64,000 nt of DNA from Phoronis australis (lineage: Eukaryota > Animalia > Phoronida). The stretch is from assembly GCA_002633005.1 (NCBI GenBank), contig NMRA01000393.1, positions 118,706-182,705 on the forward strand, written 5' to 3'. A program made the position numbers and the translations under genes. Below, one piece after another: positions 50,923 through 62,653 of this stretch; the stretch's first letter is position 1, and each line of letters starts with the position of its first letter. The notes below the pieces were generated by a model, which saw only the letters and a program-made list of their open reading frames with translations, made no database searches and was not told where the DNA came from.

Positions 50923-51232
50923 AATAGGTTTGCGTTACGGTCAATACTGGATAGGCCACGGTCGGACGGATGGAGGTACTGTGCATGAAGTGATATTTCG
51001 ATCTCAAGAAAGCATTGTTTCAGTTCGAATTAACACGGATACAACTCGCGTGCATCTGTTGCAGTTCACAACGAACTATCAAACGTATGGCCCTTACGGT
51101 AACGGCGGGAATATACTAAGAAGGGCCAAGATATTCATTAACATTACAGCTCCCCATACATCAAGACTTCGATACATAGGAGGGCGCATAAATGATCGTG
51201 AAGTACAGTCCATCAAGTTTCATTTTTGTTGA
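50923..51232 (+). CDS. PAN/apple-jacalin protein, exon 3: remainder of the jacalin-like beta-prism
   Basis: ttccag|A, phase 2. Encodes IGLRYGQYWIGHG...ESIVSV...LQFTTNYQTYGPYG...LRYIGGR...VQSIKFHFC*. AATAAA at 51288. Confidence 0.88.
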
Positions 51233-51287
51233 AATGTTTTTCTCTTTCAACTGAAATTAATTACCACGTGATCAGTGAAATCTTCGA

Positions 51288-51293
51288 AATAAA
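51288..51293 (+). terminator. Candidate polyadenylation signal of the PAN-jacalin gene
   Basis: AATAAA about 55 bp after the TGA stop. Confidence 0.5.
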
Positions 51294-51680
51294 ATAATGC
51301 TCTGTAATCCTCGTCCAGCATTTAAGAAGTTTTCAAGTCTCTTTGTACAGCGTAGACTAATGGTTCATGTTGCAATTATTTTGAAAGTTTCCACCCCTCC
51401 TTGACCATCGAGCATTGCGCAATGGTGCCTCCTACTCCTCTGAGCTCGGTTTTACTAATGAATGAAAGCAAGGGAGTGAATGAGAATCTGCCGCGAGTCT
51501 GGGGCTGTGCTCAACATTTTTATAACATACATGTAAGAAAAATTTAAACAATTAAATTCAAAGCTGCTCTCAACCTAGCTACCGTCATGAAAAAGAATTT
51601 TTGATTTAGACCACCTGCCGTAAGGACATTGGTCTTAAATTATTTCTTAGTAAAAACAAGAGCGACTTCAGCGAACAAAC

Positions 51681-51822
51681 TGCACAAGTTCATTGGTCAC
51701 GGCGTGTTCAAGTTAACTAGTCGCGGCGTGCACAAGTGAACTGGTCACGGCGTGCACAAGTTAACTAGTCATGGCGTGCACAAGTTAATTGGTCACGTGC
51801 TGCAACTTAACTGGTCACGTGC
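51681..51822 (+). repeat. 24-bp degenerate minisatellite, about 6 copies
   Basis: Consensus tgcacaagttaactggtcacggcg. Confidence 0.85.
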
Positions 51823-52559
51823 CCGTTTATATGCCGAGCACGTTCTCGAGAAATAACGAACCGTTAGTTCTTTACAAGACCAAAAATCACTTTTCATCCG
51901 AGAAAGAAACCAGTCGAGACTGGTACAGCGCGGTAAGTGGTCTAACTCAAAATGTTGTTTCTCCTATGGAGCGCGTTTTGTTTTGTATGATATGCTTTCG
52001 CTTTGTGAGCTCGTGCTGTTCACGTTTATACTGGAAAATGCGAACTGGTGTGAGGTGATGTGAGCCGATGAGCGAGTGTTCGGTTACGGGGTTACGAATT
52101 CATTCTTGACACGAATGTGCCACCCTTTTTAGAGACGGAAGTATTTCAATGGATGCAAATGTAAAACAAGGAAAAAAACGGCCATGAATGTCGTCATCGG
52201 GTTCCCTTCCAAGAGGTGTCCCAGAATATGAAAAGATGCTTGATTTCGAAGACAGGAAATGAGCGGCCATCATTGCTACCAGAGACTCTCCGTCACGAAT
52301 TCTAAGAGCACAAAATGATACATAATTTCAAACAGGAAATAAAGAGCGACAGTTGATTCCATCATCCCTTGCCAGGGAGGTGCCCCTGGAGAAACGGGAA
52401 TTGGGGTTACCTAAAATTTGTGATTGAATCTGAATGAATTTGGTCTGGAAAATCTGTGCTTGACAATTTGTCTTGGACTTTTAAGAAGTATGTTAAAGGA
52501 TTGATAATTTCAATGATCAAAATGACTATAGAGGCCGCTGTTTTCTTTGGGGAAAACAA

Positions 52560-53230
52560 GGCTGTTCAAACTTTTCTTTGGATGGAAAATATAGGTAAAC
52601 GTTTTCTGTCTGAAAGCTGACTTTAGAAAGAGGAACTCAACGATAGACCATGTGATTACGCTTCAAGCGTTAATGTTACAACTATTTGAACAGGCAAGGG
52701 CGGTAGATGTTAAGTTACTAACTTCTCAATAGCATTCGGTCGTGTTCATGACAATTTACTTCTTCATAGATTGAAACAAAGTGATGAACGAGGTTATTTT
52801 TTCTGTGTACATTATTCTACGTAAATTGCGCACTTGCGTGAAAATTCGAGATGGACTCATCAAGTTTATCTGCTGTGTTGTTTGCATTCGTCAACTATTT
52901 GTCTTTTGGGTTAAAATGACTTCTTGTAACAACAGGCATCGAAAAGCAATATCATATATTGTAACCAACAACAGTTTAACTCCAAGCTGTGTGTAGAAGA
53001 CATGGTTTTGTCTTCCTCTGTCGCCATCAATCTACAACGTATGCTAAATTGTTTGACGGAATTCTGCGAATCTTGGGGTACGCAAAGTAAACTGAAAGAA
53101 AACCAAGGTGGTTGTGTTCAGAAATACCGGCTCCTCCTTAGACGGTATGAGAAACCGTTCTTCAGTGGAACGTCCTGTAGAAGTTGCGTCTCATTATAAG
53201 CTGTACCTTGGGATCTTTATAATCCAAATT
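52560..53230 (+). mobile_element. Heavily decayed non-LTR retrotransposon reverse-transcriptase remnant
   Basis: Frameshifted motifs in RT order: ADFRKRNSTIDHVITLQAL, FSIAFGRV, TCVKIRDG, DMVLSSS...LQRMLNCLTEFCESWG, KKTKVVVF, YLGI. Confidence 0.7.
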
Positions 53231-54173
53231 TCTTGTTCACAAAAACGTCACTTCTTTGTAGATTTCTAGTTCAAAAATGAAATTACCTAAACCTTGATGC
53301 TCATAGCGATTGTGTTAACTGTAGTTGGTTGTGTTGTCCTCTCGTGGACGCACAGTGACAATGGAGCTACGGTCATGATCAAGACGGGTCTGGATGCTAT
53401 GTTTTTGAGAAATGTAGGAGACCATATAAAAGATTTGATTGCAAGTCAGACAAATTGATTTTATTCAAAGAACTTTGTGGTTAGTTTGATCATAAGAAAC
53501 GTATGTTAGAGGCATACAATAATTGCCCAGTTCAGGATAGACTGTCAAAGCTGTCACCCCACTACCCTCGTAAAGTTGGTGTCCGTTGCACCGCTCCACG
53601 TTGAACGCTTGGCGACATCTGAAAAAAGATAAAACAGAAGCTGATATGTGTTTCTTACCAGACTGATTTTCAAAAAAATTTTACTCAACAACAGACTTAG
53701 TCCTTTTAATTGCTTCTAAATTTGTTACCGTACATCTCCCTAAACAAGCCCAGTCGAAAATACTCCCAGGATGGTACATATTTGGTGAAATGGTGTACAT
53801 TTGAATCCTGAAACTTTCCGTTGTATCACAAGAAATCGTAACACCAAAACTGTAATCGCCACCTCGTACTTGAGGCGACAACTATAAATATACAATCACA
53901 TTTCAAATTGGTCATACACGTTTATTCTAAACTCCACAATTTAAACAACTGAGTGTATGTTTGGATTTGACTTTTGGTCTCCAAATTGTTATCGGATAAA
54001 TGTAATGTGATTTATATGTTTGCAACCAGTAAAACCTTACAAACAGTGTAATCGAAACATGTGTATTTTTATTGATCAAAATAATATCAAATTACTATTG
54101 ATTGTTTTTAAACTCTCCTTGCCCGCATACGTTTGTGCATAACCATGAGATCACAATAGCTTAAATACCATCA

Positions 54174-54976
54174 TTTATACCACAATATTAGCCTCGAATG
54201 GCAGATACAACCGTGTAATAACCCATAAAGTTATCTCACCGACTTTACCACTACACCACTCAGAGGCTGACGTCATCGAACGTGAAAATAGAATACTTAG
54301 ATGAGCACACGCAACAATCGCATGTTCAGCAAAGGGCATTGCACCGACATTTATACGCTATGAAAAATAAGACGCATAATTTCCATAAAAACGATATTTT
54401 AATTCAGTAAAATTTTTCTCTCGTGTTCTCTCCCTTGTAAATCACCGATCTCCAATTTGAATGCAGGTGTCGTGTGATCGGGATCCTTTGACTTGAGCAT
54501 TGTAGTCAGTTCCTAGTGGTAACCTATTTTAGCAGACGATATATTCCCGGTCGAAGCTTAGCGTGGTAAAATGTGTAGTAAGCTATAATAGTTGCTAAAC
54601 CGTAATTTATAGATTCACTTTATTACTATTTTGTTTTATTTTTCAATTGGTTTTGAGTAAAAGCATTATTTTACAAAAATATCTCGGCTTTTCTTAAAAG
54701 GTCACGACCTCCGACCCCGGGTCTCTGACATAGAAAGTAGTTACAAACCCGATTCGAGTCGAGAAAGGTAGATCGATTCATTGCAATGTTTCTCGTTCAG
54801 TGTGTGGTATAAATAGATTATTACATATTCTCAGTCGTTATCCTCCTTATCTAGATCCCTCGTGAATTTTGTAGAATTATCACCCTTGGGGCTAACCCCC
54901 CCCCCCCNGATAATTCCCCAAAATCCACTCGGGCTCTAGATAACGGGGGATGACGATTTCGCCATGTAATAAACTA
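54174..54976. mobile_element. Second copy of the composite repeat (lacks the B-box segment)
   Basis: Colinear with 35085-35890; the segment corresponding to about 35151-35218 is missing. Confidence 0.8.
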
Positions 54977-55581
54977 TATTTATCCCACGTGCGTTGAATG
55001 TGTAGAGGGAAATACGAACATGTAATAAAGTTTTCCGTATTCACCCCCCGCACTACTTCAACAGTGACCTCTGACATGAAAAGTTCAAGAGGTAGGTCAA
55101 TGTCGACTCGACGTTTTCAGCCGGTTCGATACTCAAACATTCCAAATATAGTTTGAAGTAATACAGTTACAGCAGTGTAACTAACACTCGACATGCAACC
55201 AGGCCCTAAATTTAACATCTGGAACAAAACTGTTAATTATAAGACACTTTTGTCTCAGTTTTCAATTGCTGAATACTATATCGTCTGCAACTGAGGCGCC
55301 GATTACTAGGAAACTTAAATATCAAATAATGTTGTTTTTAACTAGTTCCAGGAGATGTTACAAGTCCACCGCACAGTTGCCGTTGTTTTCATCTTTGTTA
55401 TCTCTTTTCAAGAAATAAATCGTTACTTTCAAAACTGTTTCTTTTACAAGAGATAACAAGCAACCCAACGCGTGATCCGCCAAGTGAACAGTCTGGGTGA
55501 AGTATTTGAAAAATCTGCCGAAAAAATGTAAGAAACTTAGGAATTCGAAGCGCATGGGACAAATACAAAACGTACCTCAAT

Positions 55582-55696
55582 TGGCGTACATGAAGTAATA
55601 TCCCACTCGACCTTATTATCCGCGTATCGACGGAGACAGAAGGTCGAGGTCGATACGCGAAATAATGTCTCGTGGGATATTACTTCATGTACGCCA
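55582..55696. repeat. Near-perfect 115-bp palindrome (MITE-like hairpin)
   Basis: TGGCGTACATGAAGTAATATCCCA ... TGGGATATTACTTCATGTACGCCA, with inner arms CGCGTATCGAC/GTCGATACGCG. Confidence 0.85.
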
Positions 55697-56415
55697 GTCT
55701 CGACACGTTTTATAATTTATTCAAAATAACTCTCATTTTAATCATTCTTTTACTACCATCGTTCGCTTCACACGGGTACACGTTAATAAAAATTATTAAA
55801 CCAAGAAGTCTCTGTCAGCTATCATACCCTCACATTCAGTCCCCGGTGCCTCTGACAAACCCAGTGCTCGATTTCCAAACACGCGGCTCTAAACTCCACT
55901 CACGCACCGAACAAACTCTACTTGAAAACCAAACTCCAGACCCGAGGCATTGGTCACAGATATTGATTCCCAACAAATCCCTCTTGTACTACTAATGTGT
56001 AATAGACCCCTAACAGACGTGAACAGCTAATACCCAGAGTACAGCAGCTGTGGTCAGGTCCGTCCGAAAATCTATCCCACACTCTCCCTGATAAGAAACA
56101 GATTAAAAGACAATAGCCCCACAATGTATGGCCACACTAAAATAGTATAGCGTGTAACAAGACAGAATGAAGTGACAAACTTCCGAATGAAAGCTATTTA
56201 AAGTACGTACGCACTTCTTGTGAATGATGTGTACAGTAATCATTGGAGTTTTTCCTACGTGATTTGGTTCAGGGTTAAATAAACCTTCTATATTTCTTTT
56301 TACTGAGATTTGTTTACAGTTTGGGGAGCACACGTGATATTTTGTAGGCAACTGCATGTATTAGTTCACTTTTAGTGATCATGTCAGAAAGTGTCCAGTT
56401 ACTAAATACTTTACC

Positions 56416-56517
56416 TTACAACTTGTAAGCGTTGCGTATAATCAGCGAGAAGTGGGCGTCATCTTCAATCGATGCACTCAAACCGGAATAGTAGTTCAAA
56501 AATTCTTCTCGTGTCAC
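56416..56517 (-). CDS. CAPSL: Calcyphosin-like protein, last coding exon
   Basis: ctcag|GTG, phase 0. Encodes [33 protein letters not shown], the diagnostic calcyphosin C-terminus (EF.NYY.G.SASI..D..F...R.A.KL). Confidence 0.93.
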   Translation of the reverse strand: MTREEFLNYYSGLSASIEDDAHFSLIIRNAYKL

Positions 56518-57168
56518 CTGAGTTAAATTGAGACACTTGATACATATGCATATTTGGCAAGGGATGGGAGTGGGGTGGGAGTGGGGTTACTTACTTAGTC
56601 TCCAGTGTAGCCAATGAAAGAGAGAGAGAGAGCCGGCGGCGATGCACTTATTGGACTTAAACGTGGTTAGCTTTAGGTTTGTTCTTAACCACGGCATGGA
56701 GTGATCAATGGCAAAAAGAGGAAATTATTCCAGGTGACGGATAGTTCCACCAAGGAATAGGTTTGCGTGATAGAAATATTTTTGTGTTATAAAATTTAAC
56801 TGAAATAAACATTTTTGCGTGATTAAAATCAAATGATGACAAAAAGACGAAAAGAGAGGAAACTGGAAATCAAGTAAGTAGAAATCGAAACCAAAAGAGA
56901 AAAATCCTCTTAAAAGAGGAAAATTCCAAACCCTTCATAACTCCAGATGTTGAGAAATTAATGACATCTTGGCCCCATTTTCCAACAATGATCCCTGTTT
57001 CAGGCATGTTAAACGAATATATTTTTTTCAGAAAGAATCCCTATGAAACCTGGTTTTGGTGGTGAAATTCCCCAATGTGTGCTTTACGTGATTTCTTTAT
57101 TTTTGTATCCTTTATTATTGCAGTAAATCGCATTTTGGATTTCACTTAGAAGTAAAACAAGCTCTTAC

Positions 57169-57233
57169 CTTTCCGTCAGGGTAGTTCTTGTCGTCAAAGT
57201 TACTCAGAAACTCTTCCTTCGTTCCGCCCAATT
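57169..57233 (-). CDS. CAPSL: Calcyphosin-like protein exon: entry to EF-hand 4
   Basis: tacag|AA...AAG|gtaag, phase 1-0. Encodes (E)LGGTKEEFLSNFDDKNYPDGK (compare FLxNFD....DG). Confidence 0.85.
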
Positions 57234-59086
57234 CTGTAACAAAGCATGTTAGTGTTCATGTCATTTAAGTAAATGTACAATGTAATGTAAAGCATATTAA
57301 AGGCGCGTGCTATTGTAAAGGTTTGCTTCATCTGTAGGTTATAGTGTCTTATCTTAAGTTGCAGAGGTTTGCTTTGGATCGCTCTTAGCGAACATACTTT
57401 CGAAAGATTCCCAGTAAGCAACAGAGAACCAGCTAGTAACTCCTGAACAGATAGTAACTCCTGAACATACAGATTCAAATATGAGGATTCACTTCCTCGG
57501 TCACGGCTGATAAGTGTCTTGTTTTGTAATCTCAAATCTAAGAGCCCTTTGATACCTTAATAGAATACTAAACCATGTTAATATTTAAGCAATCGTTACG
57601 AAATAATGCAATACAATCGTCGTTAAGTTTTGAGTAAGCGTGACACTATCTATGGAGAAAGAATTTCCCCCTTTGAACCACTGGTGGCACTCTGTGGCAT
57701 AGAGGAAACAACTACTAAGCCAGGGCTAAGTATCCTGTTCAAGATACTCTTTCCTTTTCATTTTAGTTAAAATTGATAAAATTTAACACAAGTTAGTTCA
57801 ATGGAATGGAAACTTAAGTTCAAACAATGCTCATCGAAAACAACTATAAAAATTTTCAAACCTAACTGAATTTAATATGCACCTCCACCTAAAATGGCCA
57901 CCGCAGTGAGTGACAGCTGACTCATGCATTATGGGTATATTCACTCAACTGCCATATGTAATGAGGTTTCCTCGGAAACTCGCCCACTTAATAAAAAGAT
58001 TGTAAAAAATAATGGTAAAACAAGGCAAACACAAACAGGGCTGAACTTTACGAAATGTTTATATTTAGTGATATCTATCGACTGACGCAACTCATCACGT
58101 GATCTGGTAATTTGGTGAATGTAAAGGAGAGAATATGTTTAAAATGATGAGGAGTTACAGGAGACGTAGAATGAAAGCGTTTGAACCACAACTCTACTTA
58201 TGATTGACCTAAGTTCAAATGTTGTTGGTCAAGACAGACACTTAATGAACGCAATTTCTTTCTTTCGTAGCCGTTCAGAAGGAAACGAATCCCACTTAAG
58301 GCCTATTAACAAATATTAAATACGACTTTCCTATCCAGTCTTGTGAAATAATGGGAATGCTCTTTAACCCTTGCCAAACCTCAGAGGTTTGGAGCAAAAT
58401 TTGAATACTCCGAAGTCCTTGCACAGTCTGCTGAACGGGCAAGCGTGATCTACGCTTTAGGTAAGGTACGCAACGTGTGCAAGGACCATGATACCCAATT
58501 TATGACATAGAAAGTATGAAATTTTAGTTAATCCTGCTTTTGTGAGACGCCACTGATGCATTAGCAGGTGGTACAACGACAGTTGATCGAAATCACCAAA
58601 ACAGAGCTTCGCATCCTTTTAACAATGTTTGGGATCATACGGCATCGCGAAAACAAATAACTTAAAATCCGTGAAATTCTCCGTCGAAAGTTACATGTCA
58701 ACTGGAGATGACCTTGCACGGTTCCGTACAAGATATTATTTTAACATGTATGCTCTATAATGGGAAACATTTTTAAAAATTGTGCTCTTTCCTCAACTGG
58801 CAGTTATTTCAATAGACATTTTGACTGTAATCCGGCAAAAGAAATTGTAATGGCTAAAACAAACATTGTTTGGAGAAAAAAATGAGCGCATCAAAGTGCA
58901 GTTTCGCTTCTATGTATTAAAATCGACAACTGAGAGACAAGTGGAGCCTGTCGAGAACAACAGATGGAGCCTGTCGAGAACAACAAATGTCTCGTTTATG
59001 TAACAGTTATCACTTTAGTTTGCAGATGTAATTAATAACGAGTTATAAATTCAACAGTTATTTGATGCACAAAGGTTCGTGGTTAC

Positions 59087-59195
59087 CTATCATGACTCTA
59101 TGTAAATCATCCAAGTTGATTATGCCGTCCTTTTTCCTGTCGATTTTGTTAAATGCCTCATTTACCAATGCCTTTCGCATTTCATTCATAGAAGG
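59087..59195 (-). CDS. CAPSL: Calcyphosin-like protein exon: EF-hand 3
   Basis: tgcag|CCT...G|gtaacc, phase 0-1. Encodes PSMNEMRKALVNEAFNKIDRKKDGIINLDDLHRVMI (compare calcyphosin PPMS..R...I..AF.KLD..GDG.IT..DL). Confidence 0.9.
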
Positions 59196-59454
59196 CTGCA
59201 AGGAAAATAAACAACGGGCAAATGGTTATATTGCATCAATGCATGGGCAGTGTATGCCTAGATACACTTCTTATAGTTTCTCATCGGGTATTATTTCCTT
59301 TACTGAAATTGGTATAGAAATAATCGTGTTATATGTACGTGTCGGACTATCTCACGAAGAAATAAATTTAGCTCAAGTTTCTGTAAGAATTGAATTCCGT
59401 TCAACCAATGTTTTATACTCTCCTGCACTTCAGCCTGATACTCATAATACTCAC

Positions 59455-59626
59455 CCGTACAGCTTCCAGAAGCACGTCATACGAGATGGTTCCAGATCCG
59501 TCCTTGTCCAATTGCTTAAACACTGTCTTGGCATCTTCTTCGGTTAATCCATACTTCGTAACTCCCATTACAAGTTCATTGACATCAATTGTATAGTTTC
59601 GGTCTTTATCTATTCTGCAGAAAAAC
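59455..59626 (-). CDS. CAPSL: Calcyphosin-like protein exon: EF-hands 1-2
   Basis: ttgcag|G...CGG|gtgagt, phase 2-0. Encodes FFCRIDKDRNYTIDVNELVMGVTKYGLTEEDAKTVFKQLDKDGSGTISYDVLLEAVR. Confidence 0.9.
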
Positions 59627-61719
59627 CTGCAAGATATCGAACAACTAATTAAGCGAAAAACGTCAGATTTTGAAGGTTCGAAGGTTCCCAACGTTCTCCG
59701 TTTTTTCTCGGCTTTGGAAATCGACTTAGGAACATACGTTCTTGTAGATTTCGATGAAACTTTCCAATTTGGAGTTTATTTATCAATCTCAAAAATGCTG
59801 TTAGGATGTTTTTTAAAGTCTTAGTTTTTTGTACTTTGCCATAGACGAATACGACGCTGTTATTTTTTGTTAGTTAGCTTGGCTTAGAAACAACTAAATG
59901 AGTAGTCTAAAATTCCTAACAGTGTTTTCAGACTATCGGCAAGTTTTCGTTAAAGGGTTTCATTAAAATCGACCCAAGGGTATTTGTACTATGATGAATG
60001 TACCTTTGTTAAAATAAAAATTTAACTTGAAAATGGTGGTCACGTTATAATAACAACGGCACGTAAAAGAAAAGTGTATTTATATGGTTTTTCTTCTTTC
60101 AGAAAATTTATACTGTTGACACCGCCTATTTTTTCTGGTAATTGACGTTGAATTAACGTTCCTCAATAAGGTCTGAATTGTCCTTTAGGATTTTCTGACG
60201 TAACATGGTTCTGAAATGAGTACTAGGCTGCAGGTGATAACCGGGAGCACGTGATTGCAGGTAGCACCAAGTAGGCGTACAATGATACCACAGTACATTT
60301 ATGACGTAATGATGTGAACGCTTTGAACTGAACTCGCTGGTTCCCTGCGTGTCGCTAGGTAGGGCGCTAGCCGCGCCAGCGGGCAGGTATCACTTAATTT
60401 TCCCCGGGAATTTTTTTTACACGGTGTTTCTGATTAGCTAGTCGAATTCGCAACAGGCAGCGCTTTACGCAAACAAACTGGCATGACTGATGGACTGAAG
60501 TGTAAATGGGGTCTGTTGTACAGACAAATCGGTGCTTAAAATTTATGTTCAGGAAATGTGAAGCCTAGAAATTGTGATTGCGACTTTTCGGTATGCATCT
60601 TTCTGCTGTCGATGACTTTTGTTTACAATACTGTCCTGTATTCATACAGTATGAATAACACACCGGTTAAATCGGCCAGATGAATGTTTATTGTACATGT
60701 ATGTGCTTCAAGCACGCGGCTATCAAAACATTACTGCAGAAACGAAATAGTTGCTGCGACGCCACTTGCAGGACAAGGCTACAAATCGTTCACAATCCGT
60801 CATTATTTCACGGTGTTGGAAAGCTAACCAATGACTAAAGCGCTTGCCACTGCGTGATACCTGCGTGGTGGCTTGGCTTAGCACGCAGGGAACAGCGAAT
60901 GAAATGAACGCATTGGCCCGAGCAGGCCAACTGCGTTTGTTGGGGAATAGTCGAATCAGAGAACAGAACAAGTATAGGCGTTGTTCAAAATGAGGCACCG
61001 TAAACACTAGTGAATCCAATAACATTTTCAAGCCCAGGGGCTGAAAATGATTCTATGGTCGCGAGAGGTTTAATTTGTCTCTCGACGGTTATGCATTACA
61101 TGCCGATCACAGTTACACGGTGTTTCAATCAAATTGTTTCGTGTAGGGAAAGTTACATCACCGTTGTGAAAACATCTGAGCTTCGATAATTATTCAATAT
61201 GAGCCGCCGGTTGCGTTTACTGAATCGAGCGTTGCTAACTGGCCGGGTTTGCAAGTACAAAATAAAAATTCTTACTGCCTTTTGAAATTAAATCAATTTT
61301 AGTAGCTTTTTTACAAGGACACACGTGAGCGCTTTAGGGAGGGGACATTTTTCCGGGGAGCGGATCATCCATATGAATAATTGCGGGACAAACATGTAAG
61401 CAGGGAGAGGATTGGGGAATTGGCGACAACCAGGATGGGAGGCCGGGGGTAGAATTCGAGGTAGAAATTAGCGACGTCTGGAGGACAGGGAGAATGGTGA
61501 CGGCTGGAGGGTCCTGCGCTTATATTTGGAGAAGCTATCATGGCACTTACCCTCGGCCTCAAGTACAGATACGCCTAGCTTTGATAGACTGTACGCAATT
61601 ATTCCGTTGGACTTACGGAAAGCAATGGACTGTGTAGTGAAGGCACGAGTAAACTCCAGGGGTAAAATCTGTATAACCCAGTGTTATATGCTGCTTGTTG
61701 AACCACATGTTATGTTTTG

Positions 61720-61892
61720 CTTTTTGGACCAGTGTTGTATGCTGATTATTGGACCAGGGTTGCGTGCTGCTTGTTGGACCAGTGTTGTATGCTGGTTGTT
61801 GGACCACGTGCTATATGCTGATTGTTGGACCAGTGTTATGTGCTGATTGTTGGACCAGGGTTATGTGCTGATTAATTGTTGGACCAGTGTTG
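61720..61892 (+). repeat. Degenerate ~25-bp minisatellite, about 7 copies
   Basis: Consensus ttggaccagtgttgtatgctgattg; one further unit near 62440. Confidence 0.8.
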
Positions 61893-61923
61893 CACAAATA
61901 AAAAAGTTCATCGTTCATTCAAC

Positions 61924-61951
61924 GTTTCGTCTATTCATTAGACATCATCAG
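61924..61951 (-). ncRNA. Minimal (Penelope-type) hammerhead ribozyme core
   Basis: - strand reads CTGATGA-T-GTCTA-ATGAA-TAGAC-GAAAC-GTT. Confidence 0.65.
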
Positions 61952-62331
61952 GATAACTATAGCAAGTGTCGACATACCACTGAGTCAGTAGTATCCATGT
62001 AGTGAAATAGTAGCAAGAGATACAAATAAGTAGGTCACGACCATAGTTGCAGGGACACTGAGCTCTGCATGGTATTCAGAGAATCAGTAGCATGCTGATC
62101 CTGAATACCCAGTGACTCTTTACTGTACAGTAATTCCTTTATGGGTTCTCTACGGATATGACTAACTGAATTGGCTTGGTGATTGTTGCTAGCACAATAC
62201 CTATAGCTGTTGATTTTGTCTGAGGCCAGTGTGATGTTCTTTCAGCCTGTCAAAGAGGCTACTCTCATTTCACTACATGGATGTGACCTGACTGGTATTC
62301 GACACTTGCTGTCTTATTGTATATAATTATC

Positions 62332-62359
62332 CTGATGATGTCTAATGAATAGACGAAAC
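62332..62359 (+). ncRNA. Minimal (Penelope-type) hammerhead ribozyme core
   Basis: CTGATGA-T-GTCTA-ATGAA-TAGAC-GAAAC-GTT: conserved boxes, a 5-bp stem II and a palindromic AACGTT at stem III. Confidence 0.65.
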
Positions 62360-62653
62360 GTTGAATGAACAGACGAGCTTTTTTATTTGTGCGGCGATTG
62401 TCTGTTTTTTTAATCTTACTATGCTCAAAAACTGATGCAATGGACTAGTGTTATGTGCTGCTTGTTGGCCATAGACGAGAAATCCGTTTTCTCGCGCGCA
62501 CTGTGAGAATACGCTATTCACAAAAATGTACCTAATTTTCACAAGTTCTCGTTACGTATACTTACGAGTACTATAATGTTGAAAAATTAATTGCATGTAA
62601 AAACTTTGTATATGACAGCTTCTCTGCGAAATGGGAAAATTTAATTGTTCACG

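Larger units (their letters stand above)
61892..62392. mobile_element. Inverted pair of Penelope-like terminal repeats (arms about 61892-62014 and 62257-62392)
   Basis: Long imperfect inverted repeat; each arm carries a hammerhead core. Confidence 0.7.

Noticed and set aside
58619-58645. - strand MPYDPKHC*, loosely like the missing calcyphosin YNxKHHP motif
   Set aside because: No AG acceptor nearby and an immediate in-frame stop.
59062-59547. 161-aa + strand ORF
   Set aside because: Antisense shadow of the calcyphosin-like exons.
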